DNA of 59,703 nucleotides from a virus. Lineage: Duplodnaviria; Caudoviricetes. A model generated the notes under the pieces. It was not told the origin of the DNA, did no database searches, and saw only the letters and a list, made by a program, of their open reading frames with translations. Of this stretch, positions 54,001-59,703 are shown piece after piece. The stretch is from positions 1 to 59,703 of IMG/VR virus record IMGVR_UViG_3300036770_004625; one strand, 5' to 3'. Position 1 is the first letter of the stretch. Every line of letters begins with the position of its first letter. The position numbers were made by a program, and so were the translations under genes.

Positions 54001-55232
54001 ACGGTGCTGGAGGTGGTGGTGGCGCTAATGCTGTTGGTAATAATGGCTCTGGTATAAATGGTGGTGCTGGTGGTGCTGGCACTGCTTCATCCATAACAGG
54101 TTCATCTGTTACAAGAGCAGGGGGCGGTGGAGGAGCGGCATCAACTTCTGGCACGGCTGGCGCAGGGGGCAATGGTGGTGGTGGTACTGGTGGTGTAAAT
54201 GCCGCATCTTCAGGAACAGCGGCTTCAGTTAACACAGGTGGGGGTGGAGGTGGCGGTGCTTATAACGGATCTACTACAGCAGGTGGCAACGGCGGATCAG
54301 GCATCGTTATCCTGAAAGTCCCAAGCACCATCGGTGCGGTGTTCTCATCTGGAGTCACTTCGTCTCTGTCTACTGCTGTCTCGGGCTTTAACGTCTACTC
54401 TGTTACTGCGACATCGACAACGAGCGAGACCGTGGCGTTCTACCCAGCCTTTTCTGCCGACTACCTTGTGATTGCAGGGGGTGCGGGGGGTGGAGGTGCA
54501 TCAAGCACCACAAATGGAGGAGGTGGTGGTGGAGGTGCTGGTGGATACAGAGAGTTTTCTGCTCAGACCCTTATTAAAGGAACTGCTTATACCGTAACGG
54601 TTGGTGGCGGTGGAACGGGTAGTAGTCCTACTGGGACTGCGGGAAGCAACTCCGTATTTAATACGATAACTTCTGCGGGTGGTGGTGGCGGTGGCGCTGC
54701 GTCCGCTAGTGGCGTAAACGGAGGTTCTGGTGGTGGAGGCGGCGCTCAAGGCGTTTTTTCTCCAACATCTGGCGGAACAGGAAATACCCCAACCCAATCT
54801 CCGTCACAAGGAAACAACGGCGGCGGGTCAACTGCTACAACCAATGGTGGTGGAGGTGGCGGCGGCGGCGCTGGTGGGGCGGGTAGTGCTACTAGCACGG
54901 GAACAGGAGGTGCTGGAGGTGCGGGAACTCCCTCATCTATTACTGGTTCAAGCGTCACAAGAGCCGCTGGTGGAAATGGTGGTAATGGTTCTGGAGGAAC
55001 TAACGGTGCGACTGGAAGCGCAAACACAGGCGATGGCGGCGGCGGCGGAAACCAAGCAAGCGGTCAGGGTGGTAACGGAGGTTCAGGCGTGGTCATCATT
55101 AAAGTCCCGTCATCCGTGACTGCTTCCTTCTCAGGCGGGGTTACTTCGTCACTTTCAACTGCTGTTTCTGGGTTTAATATCTACACTGTAACGGCAACTT
55201 CAACCACGTCGGAAACCGTGGTCTTTTCATAA
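51078..55232 (+). CDS. Glycine-rich fibre/adhesin with five tandem modules (1384 aa)
   Basis: Five modules from LV(I/V)AGG.GGG to GSG(I/V)VI.K(I/V)P, each followed by a FS.GVT...TATSTTSETV.F domain. Confidence 0.85.
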   Translation: MTGILQILFAAYAGKETIRADFLVIAGGGGGGIDAGGGGGAGGYREFTAQTLDVGTAYTVTVGAGGGGSTNGAAKGVNGSNSVFSTITSTGGGGGGSVSSRAGAVGGSGGGGSVDTAGGAGTGSEGSAGGIGGTDGVTNSVGGGGGGASAVGAAGVFNVEGGDGGAGTTSNITGTSVPRAGGGGGSSQDGAIAGAGEGGAGGGGDGSVSTANGSPGSANTGGGGGGGGANVSTGGNGGSGVVIIKIPSSHFASFSSGVTSTLSTSVPGYNVYTVTATSTTSETVTFLAGAPITEVLVVAGGGGGGTNLGGGGGAGGYRSSTAQTVEFGTAYTVTVGAGGAAGTGTTGTAVQGTNGGNSVFSTITSNGGGGGGGGSSTGQVGKDGGSGGGAGYSAPNATANGGSGNTPNTSPSQGNNGGIGRWTVGGVAAGGGGGGAGAVGADSTAGSTGNGGAGGAGTASSITGSSVTRAGGGGGAGLQSNGSGGSGGGGNGGGVNAGTVNTGGGGGGGAASPSENGGAGGSGIVIIKVPDNVTATFSGGVTSSLSTSVSGFNIYSVTATSTTSETVTFARVVPITDLLVVAGGGGGGGYSGGGGGAGGYRTSTTTTLNIGTAYTVTVGGGGVGGKFATTTVATNGNNSVFSAITSAGGGAGGTISLANDGSNGGSGGGARGSTVTGYSGGTGNTPSTSPSQGNNGAGNNTSSPYNGGGGGGSGGAASSGNPSNGGAGTANSITGSSVTYAGGGGSGVRAGGTAGTGAGGGGNGGVGADVQNGGNGTANTGGGGGGGDDGNNTSGGTGGSGIVIFKVPAIFTATFSGGVTYTQTNDAAGNSVYQVTATSTTSETVTFSETPTTFALDYLVIAGGGGGGSNFGNQSGGGGAGGYRELTSQSLLVGSSHTITVGGGGAAGSSSIGAQGSSSVFSIVTSTGGGYGGIRAVSGGSGGSGGGGGDNGGAGASGASGQGNNGGTGASPAGNGAGGGGGANAVGNNGSGINGGAGGAGTASSITGSSVTRAGGGGGAASTSGTAGAGGNGGGGTGGVNAASSGTAASVNTGGGGGGGAYNGSTTAGGNGGSGIVILKVPSTIGAVFSSGVTSSLSTAVSGFNVYSVTATSTTSETVAFYPAFSADYLVIAGGAGGGGASSTTNGGGGGGGAGGYREFSAQTLIKGTAYTVTVGGGGTGSSPTGTAGSNSVFNTITSAGGGGGGAASASGVNGGSGGGGGAQGVFSPTSGGTGNTPTQSPSQGNNGGGSTATTNGGGGGGGGAGGAGSATSTGTGGAGGAGTPSSITGSSVTRAAGGNGGNGSGGTNGATGSANTGDGGGGGNQASGQGGNGGSGVVIIKVPSSVTASFSGGVTSSLSTAVSGFNIYTVTATSTTSETVVFS

Positions 55233-55242
55233 GGAGATTTAG

Positions 55243-55623
55243 ATGGCGCACTTTGCGAAGTTAGATGCAAACAACGTCGTGACCTTTGTCACGGTAGGAC
55301 GGCAGGAAGATGACGGTCAAGAAGCCGCTCTGACTGCTCGGACGGGGGATGTTTACAAGCAGACCTCATACAACACCCGTGGCGGTGTCCATGTTTTGGG
55401 AGGCACACCTCTGCGTAAGAACTACGCCGGTCTGGGCTACACCTACGACGCTGCTCGGGACGCCTTCATTCCCCCCAAGCCATACAACTCTTGGGTGCTC
55501 AACGAAACAACCTGCCTGTGGGATGCTCCTGTTGCAATGCCTGCTGATGCTGGTACGGGTGAGCCCCCGAAGCGTTACACATGGGATGAAGAGGCCGTTA
55601 ACTGGGTAGAGGTGACTGAGTGA
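55243..55623 (+). CDS. Fibre-associated (chaperone-like) protein
   Basis: MAHFAKLD, KQTSYNT, RKNYAG.GYTYD..RDAFI.PKP. Confidence 0.75.
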   Translation: MAHFAKLDANNVVTFVTVGRQEDDGQEAALTARTGDVYKQTSYNTRGGVHVLGGTPLRKNYAGLGYTYDAARDAFIPPKPYNSWVLNETTCLWDAPVAMPADAGTGEPPKRYTWDEEAVNWVEVTE

Positions 55624-55817
55624 AACTTATTCGACTGACGAACGCATTTAAAGGCCGTATCGGCGAGGGCTTGATCCTGAACACCGATCTCATTGCATCA
55701 TTCTTTGAGCATACCCAAGAAGACGGAACCAAGGTCACTGTGGCCTTTGGCATGAACGGCAACTCTTGGGAGGTCTCCGAGTCAGTCGACGAGATCATGC
55801 AGCAAATCAAAGAGTAA
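55620..55817 (+). CDS. Hypothetical protein (65 aa, GTG start)
   Basis: GTGA coupling; MKLI.LT...LN.D.I...V.ES.DEI. Confidence 0.7.
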   Translation: MKLIRLTNAFKGRIGEGLILNTDLIASFFEHTQEDGTKVTVAFGMNGNSWEVSESVDEIMQQIKE

Positions 55818-55829
55818 AAGTGAGGAGTA

Positions 55830-56351
55830 ATGGATCCAATTACCCTGCTTGCTACGGCAAGTGCGATATGGAGCGGGCTAAAGAAGGCCAGTGAGTTTGC
55901 ACAAGAAGCCGAGGGCATCTGGGGTCAGTTGTCCAAGTACTGCGGAGTTGCCGATCAGTTAGAGCAGGTCATCCAGAAGGAAAAGAACAAGCCCAAAAAG
56001 GCCAAGATTTTCCAGAAACTGGACTTCTCCAACGACACCCAAGAGGCGTTTAACGTCTTTGAGGCAGAGCATAAGTTGATGCAGATGGAGAAGGACATTC
56101 GCCACGAGTTTTTGTATGGTGCCTTTGCCAATCTAGAGGGCGGTTATGGGTCGATGGATGGCTACCGCAAGTTCTGTGAGATGCGCCGCAAGATCAGGGC
56201 CGACCGGATCAAGGCCAAGCAGGATCAAGAAGCCGCTGAGAAAGCCTTCTGGGACAACCTGATTCTGTGGATTGGCGGAGCAACCATCGTGGGTATCGGC
56301 GGAATGGTCGTCTGGGCTGCTGTCATGGCAATCATTAACAGGGGGGTGTGA
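55830..56351 (+). CDS. Coiled-coil protein with C-terminal TM helix (173 aa)
   Basis: GAGGAG RBS; MDPITLLA N-terminus; hydrophobic C-terminus. Confidence 0.75.
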   Translation: MDPITLLATASAIWSGLKKASEFAQEAEGIWGQLSKYCGVADQLEQVIQKEKNKPKKAKIFQKLDFSNDTQEAFNVFEAEHKLMQMEKDIRHEFLYGAFANLEGGYGSMDGYRKFCEMRRKIRADRIKAKQDQEAAEKAFWDNLILWIGGATIVGIGGMVVWAAVMAIINRGV

Positions 56352-56506
56352 TGGCCTACGCCCTTTTGGTCTTCATGATTGGCTCGGAGATACGGATCGA
56401 GACCTTCTCCACGATGTACGACTGTGAGGTTCGGAAGGCTGAGATTTACAAAGAGACCGGCGACCGTGCCCGGTGCTTATGGATACAGGAGCCGCAACGT
56501 GTTTAA
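56351..56506 (+). CDS. Small hypothetical protein (51 aa)
   Basis: TGATG coupling; MAYALLVFMIG...C...C; below the ORF-track size cutoff. Confidence 0.55.
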   Translation: MAYALLVFMIGSEIRIETFSTMYDCEVRKAEIYKETGDRARCLWIQEPQRV

Positions 56507-56771
56507 AGAACTTACAACCGAAGAAATCGAAGTCCGGGTCTGGGCGCTAATTGTTTTAATTCTCTCCGGCATTCTGTTGTTTTCTGTGATTACCATCCTG
56601 CTGGCTGTGACCTTTGTGGAGCAGAACCCCGGCGAGATTGCAGAGATTGACAAGGAGTACCTCTCGATCCTCAAGGACATAATGCTCTTGTGTATTGGAG
56701 CCATCGGTGGGATTGTGGGCCGCAAGGGCGCTTACTCAGCCATTAACGCTATGAAGGAGGAGAAAGAATGA
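56499..56771 (+). CDS. Two-TM membrane protein (holin/antiholin candidate; GTG start)
   Basis: AGGAG RBS; two hydrophobic helices; lysis-gene context. Confidence 0.6.
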   Translation: MFKELTTEEIEVRVWALIVLILSGILLFSVITILLAVTFVEQNPGEIAEIDKEYLSILKDIMLLCIGAIGGIVGRKGAYSAINAMKEEKE

Positions 56772-57208
56772 TTCCGCTCGGAGCAATCCTGTCCATCGGG
56801 GAGAAAGTCCTCGATAAAGTACTACCCGATCCTGAAGCCAAGGCAAAGGCCCAAGCCAGTCTCATGGAGATGGCCCAGAAAGGTCAGTTGGCTGAACTAG
56901 AAGCAATGGGTAAAGAGATGGAGTCTGCCCGTAACAGGGAGGTTCAGATTGCCACGAGCGAGTTTGCCCCCATGCTCAATAAGATCGTCACGCCAATTCT
57001 GGCTTTGGGCACGGTTGCGCTGACCTTCATTCTCTACGGCATCATCATCTTTACCGACGTGGACGAGCAGTCCAAAGACATCCTGATCTACGTGCTCGGT
57101 GCGTTGACTTCAGCAGTCACCATGGTGCTGGGTTATTACTTCGGATCTTCTGCCGGTTCCAAGGAGAAGAGTGCCCAACTTGACGAGATTTTGGACAAGA
57201 AGAAATGA
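56768..57208 (+). CDS. Holin candidate
   Basis: LDKV.PDP..KA.A, SAR.RE, two TMs, YYFGSSAGS.EK; directly before the endolysin. Confidence 0.75.
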   Translation: MIPLGAILSIGEKVLDKVLPDPEAKAKAQASLMEMAQKGQLAELEAMGKEMESARNREVQIATSEFAPMLNKIVTPILALGTVALTFILYGIIIFTDVDEQSKDILIYVLGALTSAVTMVLGYYFGSSAGSKEKSAQLDEILDKKK

Positions 57209-57669
57209 ACCTGACCAAGAACTTCACCCTTGCTGAGATGACCAAAAGCGAGACCGCACTGCGTCATGGTCTTGAGAACACCCCCGGTGAGGCAGAGATT
57301 GCTGCGATGCAACTGCTGGCTGAGAAAGTCCTCCAGCCTGTCCGTGACTACTACGGCATGGGCGTTAAAGTGAATAGTGCCTACCGGCATCCAGACGTTA
57401 ATTCTAAGGTTGGGGGAAGTCGTAACTCGGATCACACCCGAGGGCAGGCAGCAGATATTGAGATCCCCGGCGTGGCAAACGCTGACCTTGCCGCTTGGAT
57501 CAGGGACAACCTTGAATTCCGTCAATTGATTCTGGAGTTCTACACCCCCGGCGTCCCTGATTCTGGCTGGGTGCACGTCTCTTATGTGGCTGAGGACAAC
57601 AAAAAAGAGGTGCTGACGGCAACCAAGAAAGATGGTAAAACAGTGTATTTACAGGGGTTGGTGGCCTAA
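57205..57669 (+). CDS. Endolysin, peptidase M15A family
   Basis: NFTLAEM, SAYR...N..VGG..NSDH..GQAAD, WVHVS zinc-ligand pattern. Confidence 0.92.
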   Translation: MNLTKNFTLAEMTKSETALRHGLENTPGEAEIAAMQLLAEKVLQPVRDYYGMGVKVNSAYRHPDVNSKVGGSRNSDHTRGQAADIEIPGVANADLAAWIRDNLEFRQLILEFYTPGVPDSGWVHVSYVAEDNKKEVLTATKKDGKTVYLQGLVA

Positions 57670-57887
57670 TGAAGACCGTCATTGAAGCCAGAAAAGCCGA
57701 GTTTGGCGTTGAGCCCAAACACGAGATCGAAGTCCTTTGCGCAAATTGCAAGGACCCCGTCAGCGCCTTGGAAGAGGCCTCTGGTACATGCACGAACTGT
57801 GGTCAGCCTTGGGCCCCGCTTCAGAACGTGTCTATTTGGGTGACCACGCTCCCCGCAGCAGGAGCCAAGACCTGGGGCTCACAGTAA
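57669..57887 (+). CDS. Small zinc-finger protein (72 aa)
   Basis: CANC and CTNC; TAATG coupling. Confidence 0.7.
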   Translation: MKTVIEARKAEFGVEPKHEIEVLCANCKDPVSALEEASGTCTNCGQPWAPLQNVSIWVTTLPAAGAKTWGSQ

Positions 57888-59703
57888 ATGGCCTATCTCC
57901 GCCTTGCCCTCAAGCCTGGAATAGACAAGCAAAATACTGAGTATGGTGCGGAAGGCGGCTGGATTGACGGCGACTACATTCGTTTTCGCTACGGGCTGCC
58001 AGAAAAACTAGGCGGCTGGACAAACTTTGGCGATGTTGAGACGTACCTCGTCGGGCAGGCTTCCAACGTCTTTACTTGGAACTCTTTGAGCGGGGCGCCC
58101 CACATGATGGTGGGGACCAACAAAAAGCTCTACGTCTATCGCGGCGGCACCTGGGGTGACGTCACCCCGATTCGCAGCACCACGGGCGCAGGCGATGTGA
58201 CCTTTGCGGCAACAGACGGCAGCACACTAATTACTGTCGCCGATACGGGCCACGGTGCAATTGCCGGGGACTTTGTCACCTTCAGCGGGGCCGCTTCTCT
58301 TGGTGGAACAATCACTGCGACGGTGCTTAACCAGGAATATGAAATTGAGTCGGTCCTGACCACCAACAGCTACACAATCCGCTCCCCGGTGGCAGCAAAC
58401 GCCTCAGACGTAGGCAACGGGGGCGCCTCTACGGTAGGCGCCTATCAAATTAGTATCGGGGCGAACGTCAGCTACTTTGACTTTGGCTGGGGAACAGGAA
58501 CCTGGGGGCTGTCCACCTGGGGCACTCCTCGTCCTAGCGGCGCTGGCGTCGAGCTCCTCCCAGGAATCTGGCAACTGGACTCTTTTGGCGAGGACGTAGT
58601 TTGCCAAGTGGTGGGGGGTGGAATTTATCTTTGGGACACCAGCGCGGGTCTTGGCGTTCGAGCAACGGCCATCGCAGGAGCGCCAACAAGGAGCAATTTT
58701 GCGCTCGTATCCACGCCGGACAGGCACCTTGTGTGCTTTGGCACGGAATCGACCATCGGTACGACAAGTTCTCAGGACCCAATGTTTGTTCGGTTCTCCA
58801 ATCAGGAGGACATCAACACGTTCACTGAGTCTGCAACGAACACGGCCGGTGGACAACGGCTCACGGACGGCAGCACGATTGTTTCGGCAATCAGGTCACG
58901 TGGTCAGATTTTGATCTTCACGGACACTTCTCTTCACGGCATGCAGTATGTCGGGCCCCCATATACCTTTGGCTTCCAGCAGCTGGGCGCCAACTGCGGG
59001 ATCATCGGGCCTCACGCGGCTGTGGACGTCAACGGACTGGCGTTTTGGATGGGCCCTGAGGCGTTCTACGTGTTTGATGGCACGGTCAAAAAGCTGCCTT
59101 GTACGGTGCAGGATTATGTCTTTAAAGACATAAATCTGGTGCAGGGTTTTAAGGCCAACGCCGGGGTCAACTCTCAGTTCAACGAGGTGACGTGGTGGTA
59201 TTGCTCGGCTGCCTCTGACTTCATTGACCGCTTTGTCACCTACAACTATCTTGAGAACACTTGGCACGTAGGCAGTATGCCTCGAACCGCTTGGTCGGAC
59301 ATTGGCACGTATGAAAGGCCAATCGGGACGGAGTTCTTGCCGAACGATACCAGCGCGACCATTGACACGATTCAGGGCCTGACAGCAGGAAGAAGCAGGG
59401 TCTACCTTCAGGAAACGGGCAGAAATGCCAACGGATCACCGATCACGGCCTACATTCAGTCCGGTTACTTTGACATTGGCGACGGCGACAGCATGGTGTT
59501 CATGAAGCGCTTCATTCCTGACTTTAAGGATCAACAGGGCAATTTGGAAGTGCAGTTGAGGTTGCGGCCATACCCGCAATCGACTGCAGTCCCGAGCTCC
59601 TTGGACCCCTACACGGTGACTCCGAGCACCCAAAAGGTAGACACGCGCGCGCGTGGGAGGCAGATTTCGCTCAAGATTGAAAGCGACGAAACGGATACGT
59701 TCT
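57888..59703 (+). CDS. Tail nozzle/tubular-B (P22 gp10-like) protein, about 621 aa, completed at 1-179
   Basis: ATG 57888 (MAYLRLALKPGIDKQNTEYG), RFRYG.PEK.GGW, RFSNQED, NSQFNEVTWWY; absent from the ORF track because the stop lies across the join. Confidence 0.85.
   Translation, partial: MAYLRLALKPGIDKQNTEYGAEGGWIDGDYIRFRYGLPEKLGGWTNFGDVETYLVGQASNVFTWNSLSGAPHMMVGTNKKLYVYRGGTWGDVTPIRSTTGAGDVTFAATDGSTLITVADTGHGAIAGDFVTFSGAASLGGTITATVLNQEYEIESVLTTNSYTIRSPVAANASDVGNGGASTVGAYQISIGANVSYFDFGWGTGTWGLSTWGTPRPSGAGVELLPGIWQLDSFGEDVVCQVVGGGIYLWDTSAGLGVRATAIAGAPTRSNFALVSTPDRHLVCFGTESTIGTTSSQDPMFVRFSNQEDINTFTESATNTAGGQRLTDGSTIVSAIRSRGQILIFTDTSLHGMQYVGPPYTFGFQQLGANCGIIGPHAAVDVNGLAFWMGPEAFYVFDGTVKKLPCTVQDYVFKDINLVQGFKANAGVNSQFNEVTWWYCSAASDFIDRFVTYNYLENTWHVGSMPRTAWSDIGTYERPIGTEFLPNDTSATIDTIQGLTAGRSRVYLQETGRNANGSPITAYIQSGYFDIGDGDSMVFMKRFIPDFKDQQGNLEVQLRLRPYPQSTAVPSSLDPYTVTPSTQKVDTRARGRQISLKIESDETDTF
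59575..59703. repeat. Terminal direct repeat, right copy
   Basis: Matches 1-129 with one mismatch. Confidence 0.97.

Noticed and set aside
50173-55623. Diversity-generating retroelement or invertase switch acting on fibre genes
   Set aside because: No reverse transcriptase or recombinase, and no adenine-specific template/variable repeat pair seen
1-59703. tRNA genes, introns/inteins or alternative genetic code
   Set aside because: No cloverleaf seen in the few intergenic gaps; polA, terL and helicases are uninterrupted; standard-code ORFs tile the genome densely

Overview
The window is very likely one complete, circularly assembled tailed dsDNA phage genome of about 59,574 bp: positions 1-129 repeat at 59575-59703 with one mismatch, and a tail gene reads through the join. 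The layout is podovirus-like: portal, two adaptor-type proteins, a nozzle-type protein and large ejection proteins, with no tape measure or sheath. From recall, not a search, it resembles HTVC023P-like and aquatic uncultured podoviruses; the host is probably a proteobacterium (inference). Modules: ejection proteins (1.5-10.6 kb); exonuclease and SNF2 helicase on the minus strand; SSB-like protein, primase, UvrD-like helicase and Leu762-type PolA (12.7-19.4 kb); small accessory genes (19.4-23.1 kb); an AT-rich, origin-like non-coding region (23.1-23.5 kb); terS and a resolvase; a cassette-like early island (24.6-29.3 kb); terL, a lysozyme/PcfJ fusion, portal, GroES, scaffold and capsid (30.7-42.2 kb); small basic proteins, adaptors, fibres and lysis genes (42.3-59.7 kb). 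No integrase, RNA polymerase, tRNA or CRISPR array was recognised. Two systems stand out. (1) In the early island almost every gene has its own sigma70-type promoter and an identical ATACAGGAGA leader, and five consecutive intergenic elements carry perfect hairpins, some covarying, ending in a cluster of three hairpins. (2) A shared [M/F/Y]-A-x-G-G peptide tag marks unrelated predicted virion-internal proteins, including two variable-payload genes with a duplicated C-terminal tag beside terL. All family assignments come from motif recognition by eye.
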